Below the pieces are notes generated by a model. That model did not search any database and was not told where the DNA came from. It saw only the letters and a list, made by a program, of their open reading frames with translations. A stretch of DNA of 64,000 nucleotides from an uncultured archaeon. Lineage in GTDB: Archaea > Asgardarchaeota > Lokiarchaeia > Sigyniarchaeales > SOKP01. This document shows, piece after piece, positions 1 through 10,197 of this stretch; the stretch's first letter is position 1, and the number at the start of each line of letters is the position of its first letter. Made by a program: the position numbers and the translations under genes. The stretch covers positions 13,567-77,566 of the forward strand of contig CAYLZE010000012.1 in the NCBI GenBank assembly GCA_964388035.1, in the 5' to 3' direction.

Positions 1-2
1 AA

Positions 3-176
3 AAATCAAGGGCAGTATTAGTCGGAGATTCACAAGCAGATATAATTGCTGCCAAAAAAGCGAGAATTGAAGCTATCCTTATAAGAAGAAATCCCTCTAA
101 ATATCCCGAGGGATCTAAACAGTGGCAATATAAGCCAGATTTCGTTATTGATACCTTGATCGAAATTCTTCAATAA
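3..176 (+). CDS. HAD-superfamily hydrolase, C-terminal fragment (gene starts before the window)
   Basis: Manual translation of frame 3 gives KSRAVLVGDSQADIIAAKKARIEAILI...KPDFVIDTLIEILQ*. VGDS-x2-D is HAD motif IV and PDxVI is the typical tail. Not in the ORF track. Confidence 0.8.
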   Translation, partial: KSRAVLVGDSQADIIAAKKARIEAILIRRNPSKYPEGSKQWQYKPDFVIDTLIEILQ

Positions 177-296
177 AGTTAACAAAAATGTCGATTTCAT
201 ATATATTTTGACCAAACTCTCTTTAATAGGTGAATTAATCATTTTCTTATTTTTAGGGAAATAGATTTAAAATTCTTTTTGAATTAACAATAAACT

Positions 297-1133
297 ATGG
301 AATTTAAAAATTTAATATTTGAAGAGAGGGATAGGGCAACTGCTTACATGACCTTGAATCGACCTGAAAAACTTAATGCTTTAAGCATGGAACTCTCGGA
401 TGAGATTATTGATGCGGTGAAATACGTGCAAGAATCAAAAAGATTGAAATTTTTAGTTTTTAAAGGTTCGGGAGGTAATTTTTGTGTGGGGGATGATATC
501 TCTGAGATGCCAAAATGGGGGGACGCCAATGGAATCATGCGGCGGGCTAGATATTACCAAGCTATGGCAAATGCTATCGAAGAATTGGATAAAATTACTA
601 TCGCTGCCGTGGACGGTTACGCAGTTGGGGGGGGCTTAGAGATTACAATGGCCGTTGACTTCGTAATCGCCACAGAACGTTCAAGCTGGGGAATGCCTGA
701 AGTGGATGTGGGAATCACGCCGGGCTGGGGGGGTACTACAAGGCTGGCTCGGCTCATTGGAAGAAGAAGAGCAAAAGAGATAAATTTACTTGGTGCTTTA
801 CACTCCGCAAAAAAAGCAGTGGAATGGAATTTATGGAATCGAGTGGTACCGACGCATCAATTAGATAATGAAGTTGAAAAACTGTTAGAACTTCTCAAAC
901 TTAAGAACCAGCAAGCAATGCGCCAGTTAAAGTTTATAATAAATAAAGGAGTGGAATGCGATTTATATTCGGCTCAAGGTTTTGAGGCATTATCTGCGGG
1001 GTTAACAGGTGCGGTGAATGGCATGTGGAAAGTGAAGGATGCAGATAAAGGCAAGGGCGTTCTTGCATTCGGTAGAAAAGATCAATTGTGGCAAGATAGG
1101 AGATCAGCAGCTAAAGATTTTTGGGTAGATTAA
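297..1133 (+). CDS. Enoyl-CoA hydratase/isomerase (crotonase family)
   Basis: LNRPEKLNAL, FCVGDDI, AAVDGYAVGGGLE, GMPEVDVGITPGWGG motifs. Confidence 0.92.
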   Translation: MEFKNLIFEERDRATAYMTLNRPEKLNALSMELSDEIIDAVKYVQESKRLKFLVFKGSGGNFCVGDDISEMPKWGDANGIMRRARYYQAMANAIEELDKITIAAVDGYAVGGGLEITMAVDFVIATERSSWGMPEVDVGITPGWGGTTRLARLIGRRRAKEINLLGALHSAKKAVEWNLWNRVVPTHQLDNEVEKLLELLKLKNQQAMRQLKFIINKGVECDLYSAQGFEALSAGLTGAVNGMWKVKDADKGKGVLAFGRKDQLWQDRRSAAKDFWVD

Positions 1134-1259
1134 AAAAAAATATTAGAGTCTTATGATTTAAAAATTAACATGTTATAAATTTAATATTGCTTGGCAAAAA
1201 GAATTAAATAAAAACACTACTTTTAATTTTATATTAAAAGAAATCAATGGAATCTACAA

Positions 1260-2987
1260 ATGACGACAGAAATAGCAGAAGATAATAAATTGCGGAAAAA
1301 GGTTTGGAAAATTATTAATTTAGTTCAAGCAAATCAACTTTTTATTCATTCAAAAAATTTAGAAATAAAATATCTTGAGGAAGAAAATAAAAAAGTGGGT
1401 ACTAAAACTTTGCCAGAGATTGTGTCTCTATGCGTTTTAAATGCGTTAGTACCTAATTCTGCCATGCTATTAATAGGAGGACATGGCGGGGGGAAAACCA
1501 CTATTACTAAATATCTGGGCCGAATGTTTACTGCTAGTTCATTAAATGAAATTGAAAATTGCATAATTAGAGGACATCCTCAACTCACTGAAGAAAAATT
1601 GGTAGGCACGTTAAAATTAGGTAAATTAATGCACGAGGGCGTAGAAGAGGTAATTTGGCGGCAATTTGTCTTGAGTTTCTGGAAAATAATTGATGAAGTA
1701 AACCGCCTAACCCCTTACGCGCAAGATATCTTATTATCCTTATTAGCGGAAGGTACTGTCAAATTTTACGATTCCGTGATGAACATTACTAAATATTGTT
1801 TGTTTGCAACCATTAATCCTCAAGATGTGGGAACTTTTGAACTTTCGAAACCTTTTCTTGATAGATTTGGGATTTCTGTTCCGATATCAATGCCTGCCAG
1901 TCATGATTTGCAACAGATATTGACGGGTAAAGATGAAAAATATAGTGGCGTGGATGAGCTCATCCAAGTTCCCGAAGTATTGAATATTGATGAACTGATG
2001 GAAATTTGGTATGAAGTGAATAAAATTCCACATGACCAAGAAGTAAATAATTACATCCATGCCATAATAAGAGAATACAATTTATGTGCCAGAATTGATA
2101 AAGGTAATTCAGAAGAGCTAAAGCCCAGCACGGGATTATGTTCGGGCTGTCATTTTAATACCGATCAAAACATCTGTAATAAAATCGATTCTATTTTAAG
2201 CGTGAGAGTTGCCAAGGATATTTTGCGATACGCTAAAGCATTAGTATGGCTATTAGGACTAGAAAAAATAGATATAAACATAATTAACACGATAGCTCCT
2301 TATGTCGTCTCCCATAGAGTGGATTATTTGAGGAGAGATTTGGAAAAAGCTCCTTACTGGGGAAATAAATTTCAATTCTCCCAATACTTACTTACTTTAA
2401 TTCAAAAACGGTTCAAATACAGGGAAATCTGTTATGAAATAGCAGAAAAATACCGTGAAGGCAATGGGCAAGCAGAAGATCTCAAGGAATTGAAAAATTA
2501 TGCAAATAATGATTTAATTGTTAAGTTTGATTTAATCCCATTTGTCAATACTTTAAATAACAAGAACTATTCTAATCTCGCAAAAAAAATCAAGGATGCC
2601 GCCAAGATAGGTAATATAGAAGAGCTCGCAACCATGAGAAATGAATTGATAGAAAATCTAGATTTTCCCAATCGTGCAGATTTGATTAATTGGTGTAATC
2701 AAGAATTATATAAGCAAACTGTTACCGATTATATTTTTAATTATATCTATTGGAAAGAATTTTGGGCTGATGTTGCCTCAGAAATTCCCGAGTTAGATCA
2801 GCCACTAAAAAGTGCTTTTGATAAACGCCAGACCAAGCAGATTCGAACTGAAGATCTCCTTTTAGAAATCAATGTCACGGGCACCAATGAAGATTCGTTA
2901 GTGAATATTCAAGTGTCTGGTGGTTCTAAGGCATTAAAGTTAAAGGGTATTCTTAATCATGCGGAATATATTCAAAAGGAAAAATGA
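1260..2987 (+). CDS. MoxR-like AAA+ ATPase with Cys-rich insert and C-terminal extension
   Basis: Walker A GGHGGGKT, Walker B IIDEVNR, sensor ATINP, FLDRF; followed directly by a VWA gene. Confidence 0.85.
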   Translation: MTTEIAEDNKLRKKVWKIINLVQANQLFIHSKNLEIKYLEEENKKVGTKTLPEIVSLCVLNALVPNSAMLLIGGHGGGKTTITKYLGRMFTASSLNEIENCIIRGHPQLTEEKLVGTLKLGKLMHEGVEEVIWRQFVLSFWKIIDEVNRLTPYAQDILLSLLAEGTVKFYDSVMNITKYCLFATINPQDVGTFELSKPFLDRFGISVPISMPASHDLQQILTGKDEKYSGVDELIQVPEVLNIDELMEIWYEVNKIPHDQEVNNYIHAIIREYNLCARIDKGNSEELKPSTGLCSGCHFNTDQNICNKIDSILSVRVAKDILRYAKALVWLLGLEKIDINIINTIAPYVVSHRVDYLRRDLEKAPYWGNKFQFSQYLLTLIQKRFKYREICYEIAEKYREGNGQAEDLKELKNYANNDLIVKFDLIPFVNTLNNKNYSNLAKKIKDAAKIGNIEELATMRNELIENLDFPNRADLINWCNQELYKQTVTDYIFNYIYWKEFWADVASEIPELDQPLKSAFDKRQTKQIRTEDLLLEINVTGTNEDSLVNIQVSGGSKALKLKGILNHAEYIQKEK

Positions 2988-3028
2988 GTAGATAAAATTG
3001 GTGAACAATCACTATTAAAGTCGATGTA

Positions 3029-4711
3029 TTGAAAATTAAGGAAAAAAAGGTTCTAGAATTGGCGAAAACTGCCTGGGGCTTAGCATTAAAGGAGTTTTAT
3101 TATCCTCCCTTAAATGAACCGCGATATGTCTTTGATTACACCCGAAAAGAGGGATTTTTTATTGATCCCGATAATCAATGGCAAATTACCATGAATCTAG
3201 CAAACATCCCCCTTTTGAAAGATGATTCGGAACTGATACAATATTTTTATGCTATCCTCCTTCATGAAATTTCCCATTATCAAGTAATTCCCTATGATGG
3301 ATTAATTAATGCGAAATTATTACATGCTGCCATGAGCCATGCCAATTCAAATTTCGCTCCATTAATTGTCAATGTTTTCGCTGATTTAGTGATTGATACG
3401 ACGTTGTATAGGAATAATCCCGATCTAATGCTCTGGGAATTTAACAAGACTCGTGAAAATTTGATCCAACATTATGGAAATCGCTTGTGCAATTTCTCTA
3501 ATTTCTTATTTAGTACGTATGAAAAATTATGGAATGTCGAGCTTGACTCTACCCACTATGCTCCCGAAATAGAATCTTTAGCTGATAAAGTTAAAGATGT
3601 TGTCCTTGATAAATTTGAAGATGAAACTTTATGGGAAACAAAAGTATCCAAAATATCGTATTATCTATCCAAGTTTTTAAATACGGAATTTACTTTTACG
3701 ACGGGAGGATATCGTCCAGTTAAAGGAAAATCAAGGAGAAAAGTTCCTGGAAAAAATATTGAAATGGAAATCCCCGATGATGTGTTGGAATTGATGGATG
3801 ACCCCCTAGAAACTAAAAATTCAGATAGATTAAAGCAAGATAATGATGATGAATTGAGACAAAAAGCAGAAGATTTTGCTAAGGATGTCCCTTTCTCTGA
3901 ATTTGGAGCTCCCGCGGGACAAGCAGGAATTCTAATTGATGGTACTCCTTTAGCAACATGGTATCGCGGGAAGGCAAAAAATTTACTAGAAATTCGGATT
4001 TTTGAGAAAAAACCTTCAGGGGAGCTTCCCATCTTTCCAGAAAAATGGAGAATCGGCGATCCCTTGGAAGAACTAGATGTTGTCCTCACACTACTCAACT
4101 CACCGGTCATAATTCCCAATATTACTACTCGTAAATGGAATTGCGAGAAAGGGCCGGGCCATTTATGCGAACAAGAACTCCCAGACTTATTAATCGTATT
4201 AGATTCCTCGGGCTCCATGCAATGGAACTTCAAAACTAAAACTGAGAAGGAAGGTGGTCCTTATCATATTGCTCTTATGGCTTCATTTGCAATTTTACAT
4301 TATGTTGCAACAAAAGGAGTTAAATTCAGCGTAATAAATTTTTCAAATTTTGCAGATACTTGTGATTGGACTATGAATTTTCATGCCGCAGAAACAGTAT
4401 TACTAAGATATCAAGGTGGGGGAACCCAGATCCCAATTAAAGCCATTCAAAACCAAATAAGAAAAGCGGAAAGAGAAGTCCTTGTATTCATCATCACAGA
4501 TTTTGGTATCCATAATTGGGCAAATACAAAAAAATTAATGCTGCAAATGGTAAACCAAGGGCATAAAATAGTAGGATTTTTCATTGGATCTAAATCAATA
4601 CCAAAAAATAAGTTTAAGGACTTAATGAATAAGGTTACCTTTTATCCCATTGAGAATATTAAGGATTTGATACATCTTGTTATTCAAGAAATTAAATATC
4701 AATATTCTTGA
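3029..4711 (+). CDS. VWA-domain protein with N-terminal HExxH metallopeptidase-like domain
   Basis: LLHEISH near the N-terminus; MIDAS DSSGSM, GGGT and IITD near the C-terminus; TTG start. Confidence 0.85.
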   Translation: MKIKEKKVLELAKTAWGLALKEFYYPPLNEPRYVFDYTRKEGFFIDPDNQWQITMNLANIPLLKDDSELIQYFYAILLHEISHYQVIPYDGLINAKLLHAAMSHANSNFAPLIVNVFADLVIDTTLYRNNPDLMLWEFNKTRENLIQHYGNRLCNFSNFLFSTYEKLWNVELDSTHYAPEIESLADKVKDVVLDKFEDETLWETKVSKISYYLSKFLNTEFTFTTGGYRPVKGKSRRKVPGKNIEMEIPDDVLELMDDPLETKNSDRLKQDNDDELRQKAEDFAKDVPFSEFGAPAGQAGILIDGTPLATWYRGKAKNLLEIRIFEKKPSGELPIFPEKWRIGDPLEELDVVLTLLNSPVIIPNITTRKWNCEKGPGHLCEQELPDLLIVLDSSGSMQWNFKTKTEKEGGPYHIALMASFAILHYVATKGVKFSVINFSNFADTCDWTMNFHAAETVLLRYQGGGTQIPIKAIQNQIRKAEREVLVFIITDFGIHNWANTKKLMLQMVNQGHKIVGFFIGSKSIPKNKFKDLMNKVTFYPIENIKDLIHLVIQEIKYQYS

Positions 4712-4802
4712 TATGAACCAGTTTGATGATATTGTAAAAGATAAATAATTATATTTCCTTAATTATAGTTAAATAAATTCATAATTTAAATGAGGAAAGA
4801 AA

Positions 4803-5570
4803 ATGAGCAAATGGACGGAATTGGATACAAAACTTAATAGCTATTTAAGATTGGCAACCTTTCCCGTAGCAATTAAATTATTACAATCAAAAGAGGAGAT
4901 TTCTGAAATCGATCATTTGAAAACTCCTGATCGGCCTCTTGCTTTATGTCAAATATTTAGTTATTCAAGATATTATGGTTGGACCATGAGTTGCTCAAAA
5001 GAAGAAAATATTTGTCCCTTGGCGAGTATTACGCTTGGATTTGAAGAACCCTATGCGCTTTTCCAAGAAGGTGCTTTTTTCGTGGGAAGATATAATAGAA
5101 CGAAAGAGGCCGCAAAAAAGACTACGGCATCCATGCCTCTGCTTCCCATGAATGAGTTTAAAGCTGTTGTATCTGGTGCTCTTTATCGCGTGAACTTTAT
5201 TCCCGATTTGATAATGCTGTGGGGAAACTCTGCTCAAATAATGCGTATCATCCAGGCCGACTTATGGGAACGAGGGGGAAGGTTTAAATTGAGTACTTTT
5301 TGCGATGGTGTATGTGCGGACACGATATCTCAAGCAATCTTAAAAAAAGAACTTCAAGTTGCATTCCCATGTCTTGGCGATCGTCGATTCGGTTTAGCAA
5401 AAGATAGTGATCTTATTGCTTCAATTCCTTTCGAGAAATTAGATTCCATTCTCGAGGGTTTAGAAAAAACGCATGCCGCAGGTACTAGATATCCCATTCC
5501 TTATCAATTATGTACCCCAGAATACTTTTTAACGTTAGAAAAACAATTAAAAAAAGTTCGAAAATCATAA
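4803..5570 (+). CDS. DUF169-family protein
   Basis: PVAIK, ALCQ, CPLA, CADT, PCLGDR conserved Cys pattern. Confidence 0.8.
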   Translation: MSKWTELDTKLNSYLRLATFPVAIKLLQSKEEISEIDHLKTPDRPLALCQIFSYSRYYGWTMSCSKEENICPLASITLGFEEPYALFQEGAFFVGRYNRTKEAAKKTTASMPLLPMNEFKAVVSGALYRVNFIPDLIMLWGNSAQIMRIIQADLWERGGRFKLSTFCDGVCADTISQAILKKELQVAFPCLGDRRFGLAKDSDLIASIPFEKLDSILEGLEKTHAAGTRYPIPYQLCTPEYFLTLEKQLKKVRKS

Positions 5571-5626
5571 TAATAAAAAAGCAAAAAAAAACTTACAAAA
5601 TACTTACTTAAAATTGGTTATTAAAT

Positions 5627-6352
5627 TTAAAGCATTTTTACTGTACCGCTCCCCTCATCAATTTGGACGATTCCCTTCACGCCTAACTGCTTAATTGTAC
5701 GTGTTGCAAGGATGGGGGGAATATCCAACAGCTTTTTCAGATCATCGAGTTTTGCCGTCTTTTTATCCATTATAGTGGCTAAGATATCAACTTCATGAAT
5801 TTCTTCATCGCTATGATCGATTAAAAAGGAACTAAAAAAATTCGCTCCTTTTAGTTTTGTCAATTGGGTATTTAATTCTTCCATTTTTTTAGCATAAGAT
5901 GAATTTATAGTCTGTTCCTTGTTTTCATTTTCAATCTTCTTTTGATCCAAGGTAGTTTTCTCACTTTCTTTGGTTGTAATGCTTTCATTGATCGCACTTA
6001 ATTTTGAAATCAGATTTTCTAGTTCTAATTGAGGATTTTTTAAATCATTATTCGCTGTTTCTAAATTCGTGTTTAACTCATTTATTTTCGAATTGAGTGT
6101 ATTTTGCTTTTCATTTAAACCTTCGATTGTTTTATCAAGCTCTTCACTTTTTGTTCTTAACTCAGTTAACTCAGATGCCTGTTCCGACAAATTCTTTTGC
6201 AGATCATCGTCTTCTTTGGTAGCTTCTTGCATTTTTTTCCAAGTTAGACTAATGTTTTGGTAGATATCATCATTGTTTTTCTGCAATTTTTGAAGGTACG
6301 TATCAAATGCTGTTTCAAATTGCTCGATGTGATTTAATATTTCCTTTACCAT
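5627..6352 (-). CDS. Long coiled-coil protein with C-terminal winged-helix domain
   Basis: About 165 aa heptad-rich region, then DILATIMDKKTAKLDDLKKLLDIPPILATRTIKQLGVKGIVQID-GTV (wHTH pattern). Confidence 0.7.
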   Translation of the reverse strand: MVKEILNHIEQFETAFDTYLQKLQKNNDDIYQNISLTWKKMQEATKEDDDLQKNLSEQASELTELRTKSEELDKTIEGLNEKQNTLNSKINELNTNLETANNDLKNPQLELENLISKLSAINESITTKESEKTTLDQKKIENENKEQTINSSYAKKMEELNTQLTKLKGANFFSSFLIDHSDEEIHEVDILATIMDKKTAKLDDLKKLLDIPPILATRTIKQLGVKGIVQIDEGSGTVKML

Positions 6353-7101
6353 TAGAAATCCACCTCCTCTTTTAATGTAACCGTTCCTGCTTTTTGATCA
6401 TATTCAATCGGACCATTTGCTTTAACCATTTGATTAAGAATATCCTTAATCCGGTCTTCCCGAATACCCGCCCCCTGAGAGATATTTTTTATTTCTAAAG
6501 CGGTATTTAATTGTAATGCTTCAATTAAATTTAATTGGTCCGAACGAATATAGTCCTTTTTAATGAGAGATTTCATGGCTTCAACCCTATTTTTAAAGGA
6601 ATTTAAATATGCTTGCTTTTTATCATATTCCTCTTTTAATCCCTCTTCAATGGTATTAAGTTTTTCTTCAATTTCCGTTTGAAGTTGCTTCAACTCCGTT
6701 ACTCTTGATTCTAATTCTTCTAATCTCTGGGTTCGTGCTTTCAATTCTTCTTTTTTTTGATTGACTTGAGCTTGAGTATCCGTAATTTCTTTTTGTTTTT
6801 CTTGTATTCTCTCCAATAAATTATCCCTATTTTTAGTTAATTCTTTATTTTTCTCCTCAAGTTTAGTAATGTCCCGATTGTTTTGGGAAATTTTAGTTTT
6901 TAATTGGTTAATTTCTTCGGTATTCGATTCTATTTTTTTTAAGTTTTCTAATCGAGTATTTTCTAACTCTCCCACCATTTCAAGCAAATTTTGGGAATAT
7001 TCCTTTACCTTAGGCATCGAATCCGTGTTTAAATTATCAATTTCTTCAATCACGGATGCAATTTTTTTTAATGCGGTCTTTGCATCGGTAATAAATGACA
7101 T
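6352..7101 (-). CDS. Long coiled-coil protein with C-terminal winged-helix domain (paralogue-like)
   Basis: About 180 aa coiled coil, then LIEALQ...IKNISQGAGIREDRIKDILNQMVKANGPIEYD-GTV; the stop overlaps the start of 5627..6352 (TAATG). Confidence 0.7.
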   Translation of the reverse strand: MSFITDAKTALKKIASVIEEIDNLNTDSMPKVKEYSQNLLEMVGELENTRLENLKKIESNTEEINQLKTKISQNNRDITKLEEKNKELTKNRDNLLERIQEKQKEITDTQAQVNQKKEELKARTQRLEELESRVTELKQLQTEIEEKLNTIEEGLKEEYDKKQAYLNSFKNRVEAMKSLIKKDYIRSDQLNLIEALQLNTALEIKNISQGAGIREDRIKDILNQMVKANGPIEYDQKAGTVTLKEEVDF

Positions 7102-7362
7102 TAATTTCAGCCTCTTTAATAGTTATAAATTGGTTTTAATTTGGTTATATTATATTATACCAACATTGATTTTTAAATTTAATTGACATTTCATTGGATT
7201 TAATAGAAAATAATACCGTCAATTAATTTAAGTTTATTTTTTTAAACCTCTTCAAATTTCACTACAATAACCATCAATTAATTTTAATAAAGAATATAGA
7301 ACAAATATTAAAAGTTAGCAGATATTTTATAAAATGGCAACTTTATAAAAAGGGAGAAAAGT

Positions 7363-8241
7363 ATGTTATTAGAGAATAAAAATATCGTGATAACGGGTGC
7401 GGGAAGAGGAATTGGAAAAGCAATTGCCATGGCATGCGCAAAAGAAGGAGCAAATATTGGGATAACGTCGAGAAGCATGGATGAATTGAATGCTGTTAAG
7501 GAAGAAATAGAAGCCATGGGAGCAAAGGGGAAAGTGGTTATAAAAACTGCAGATATCACGGTTTATGAAGAAGTAGAAGCAATGCTTAAATATTTTCATG
7601 GGGAATTGGGGTCTTTAAACGGAATAATTGCTAACGCTGGTGCTTCAGGACGGTGGGATACCCATGAATTTTCCCCGGAAAAATTTGCTACTATAATTAA
7701 CGTGAATATTACCGGAGTTTTTCATGCCTTTAAAGCATCTTATCCTTATTTGAAGAAAGATGATAAAAAAGATAAGGCAAGGTTTATCATAACGGGTAGT
7801 GCCGCTTATCCAGCTGCAATGCCGAAATTTGCTGCATATACCGCTTCCAAGTATGGGGTGGTGGGATTTCAAAATGCTCTTGCTTTAGAATATAAAAAGG
7901 AAAATATCACAATTAACACCATTCTACCCACCATGGTAGATACCAAATTATTACGAGGAGATAAAGCAGGTGATGGAAACAAGCCGGATAATGTCATGAA
8001 CCCAGAAGATTTAATTGATTATTATGTATTTCTTTTATCAGAAGATGGTAATCGAGTGAGTGGTGAATTAATCTATACCAATGAATTCGAGCAATTAAAA
8101 GGGATCTTAGGAGAAATTCCGGAAGATAAAAAGACTAATTGGGATGCCTTAAAAGAATATCTGGAAACCAACCAACCTGCCATCTATGAAAATGTAAGAA
8201 AAAATCGACGCTTGGTTGAATACCTTCTAAAAAAAGCTTAG
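7363..8241 (+). CDS. Short-chain dehydrogenase/reductase
   Basis: TGAGRGIG, ANAG, YTASK catalytic motif. Confidence 0.92.
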   Translation: MLLENKNIVITGAGRGIGKAIAMACAKEGANIGITSRSMDELNAVKEEIEAMGAKGKVVIKTADITVYEEVEAMLKYFHGELGSLNGIIANAGASGRWDTHEFSPEKFATIINVNITGVFHAFKASYPYLKKDDKKDKARFIITGSAAYPAAMPKFAAYTASKYGVVGFQNALALEYKKENITINTILPTMVDTKLLRGDKAGDGNKPDNVMNPEDLIDYYVFLLSEDGNRVSGELIYTNEFEQLKGILGEIPEDKKTNWDALKEYLETNQPAIYENVRKNRRLVEYLLKKA

Positions 8242-8375
8242 TTTTTTGCTATCTATTTTTTATTATTTTAAATCTTAGATCCAAATATGAGAAAAAATTT
8301 TAATTTTTTTAGATTTTAACCCAATAATAATTTGACTATTATACTTATAAATATTTTAGGAGTTATTATAAAAGA

Positions 8376-8948
8376 ATGAGCCAGAATCTATTCAATATTA
8401 AAAATGTTTTCACTATTGACGATATTTATAGGAATAAAGAAGATCTCCATCATCTATTTGAAGTCCAATTACCCCCAAAAGAAATTAAATTATTTAAGGA
8501 AAGATTTCATTTTGAATTGGGAACCCTCTTGATTGGGGATTTAGTTTTAGATTTAGAAAAAGAAAGAATGCTGGAAATACATCCTTTTCCAGAATGGGTG
8601 GTAGAATTAAAAACCGAAACAAAATGTAAGCCATATCTTGTAGTTCCAAATTTTTCTCAATCATTTATTAACAAGTTACTAAGAAAGCCTCTTGAGAAGA
8701 AGATTGATTTACTTGAAAATGAAATTTCCAGATTGGAAATTGAAAAATTAATTGCGTTCGAATACGAAATCGGGATAAATGTCTTAGTGCCCGCTTATAT
8801 TCCACATTTCTTTATTAGTTCAAAGAACGAAAAATTAAGCGAATACCCTTATCTCCAAGTATTTGAACCCGATTTTACTAATATAGTGAATGTCCTAAAA
8901 ATAAAGCCCTCCTATTATTTTAAATTACCCTTTTTTGTCCAAATTTAG
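8376..8948 (+). CDS. Hypothetical protein, possibly cupin fold
   Basis: Long ORF; MLEIHPFPE and GINVLVPAYIPHF loosely resemble cupin motifs 1 and 2. Confidence 0.45.
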   Translation: MSQNLFNIKNVFTIDDIYRNKEDLHHLFEVQLPPKEIKLFKERFHFELGTLLIGDLVLDLEKERMLEIHPFPEWVVELKTETKCKPYLVVPNFSQSFINKLLRKPLEKKIDLLENEISRLEIEKLIAFEYEIGINVLVPAYIPHFFISSKNEKLSEYPYLQVFEPDFTNIVNVLKIKPSYYFKLPFFVQI

Positions 8949-8954
8949 GAATTT

Positions 8955-10022
8955 TCAAATAATTTCGTAATATTCTTCATTATCTGCTAGTAAATTTAAA
9001 TGAAGAAAAAACTCATCTGTTGATATTTCATTTTCTTTATATCGTATTAGTAATTTCTTGATTATGAAATAGGGTGTAAACTTAACGAACCGCAAGTCTG
9101 AAAAAAGATAGACTTTTCCTTTGTGTTCAAAAATAATTTTTTTTTCAATTAATTCATTAAAAAGATCTTCATTATTATTCAAAACATTTAAACATTCTAT
9201 GACCAATAAGGTTTTTTCTCTTAATATTTTCAATAAAGAGATAACGTCTTTATCGATAAGAAGATTAATCAATTCCTTATTATCCAAATCAGATAAATAG
9301 TCAATATCAGAATATATACTCATTAAGTTGGTTCGAACTTTTTGTAATTCTTCCCTCTCTAACTTTTTTAAAAAATCTGGTAACTTAATAGGTGGAATTC
9401 GCATCAAGAACAAATCTTTTATTAAAAAATAATCTTCCATTCCCCCCGGAACTTCCTTTTTAAGAATTAAATTCTCCCGTAAAAAAGAAATGATCAAAAG
9501 ATCTATATTTATGGTTGAAAATCCATGTTCAACTTTTAGGATATCAATCAATTTCGCCTTAGAAATTACACCATTTCTTAAAATTTGTAAAATCGTGAAT
9601 TTAATTTTATCCGTGAAAAAACTGAGAAGGTTTTCCTCTTTTTCTAATTTAGTGTAATTCTTAATCGTATTAAAAGCTTCAAAAAGTGCCCTGGCAATCC
9701 GATTCGTGTTTAAAAGTTCGATTAAATTTTTACTAATTATTGCTAGAATGTCACTATAATCCGTATGATCTTTTATGATCTCACTTTTTTTTCTGATCAA
9801 GATCAGGAAATAGATTTCTCCACCGTGTTCTTGCATGATGGAAATATAACCATTAGGATTATCATCCGAAGAAAATTCAATAATAGAATCTTGATTCAAT
9901 TCATGCATGCTCCAAATTTTAAGAAGAATATTTTTAGGTGGAAAGGACTTCTCGGGTGGGTATTGTATTACTGGTTCAGGACCAACTTGGCGATTCCAGT
10001 GCACGATAATGATTCTTTTCAT
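8955..10022 (-). CDS. Longin/uDENN-like (NPRL2-like) domain protein with C-terminal winged-helix-like repeats
   Basis: N-terminus IIIVHWNRQVGPEPVIQYP matches the beta1-GP-beta2-P signature of NPRL2/DENN longins; wH-like segment ILQILRNGVISKAKLIDIL...LRENLI. Confidence 0.6.
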   Translation of the reverse strand: MKRIIIVHWNRQVGPEPVIQYPPEKSFPPKNILLKIWSMHELNQDSIIEFSSDDNPNGYISIMQEHGGEIYFLILIRKKSEIIKDHTDYSDILAIISKNLIELLNTNRIARALFEAFNTIKNYTKLEKEENLLSFFTDKIKFTILQILRNGVISKAKLIDILKVEHGFSTINIDLLIISFLRENLILKKEVPGGMEDYFLIKDLFLMRIPPIKLPDFLKKLEREELQKVRTNLMSIYSDIDYLSDLDNKELINLLIDKDVISLLKILREKTLLVIECLNVLNNNEDLFNELIEKKIIFEHKGKVYLFSDLRFVKFTPYFIIKKLLIRYKENEISTDEFFLHLNLLADNEEYYEII

Positions 10023-10197
10023 TACATAAAAACAATTTTTGGCAATTTATTCCATATATTATTTAAATAAAGGCGGATATTTATTATATCGTTTTTAATA
10101 AATTCTGATTATAAATTTATTACTAGTTAAATAATCTTCCATCATAGCATTAAATAGTATAAAAGAAGTGCAGGAATTAGTGAAAAGGATAGCTTTC

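Noticed and set aside
30-242. 70-aa minus-strand ORF
   Set aside because: Antisense to the HAD hydrolase C-terminus at 3..176
3661-4233. 190-aa antisense ORF, representative of the many short overlapping ORFs in the track
   Set aside because: They lie within or opposite well-supported genes and have shadow-ORF composition (Ser/Phe-rich, no motifs)
5627-7101. SMC/Rad50 or ESCRT-III assignment
   Set aside because: No Walker or signature motifs, no hinge, and no recognisable Snf7 pattern
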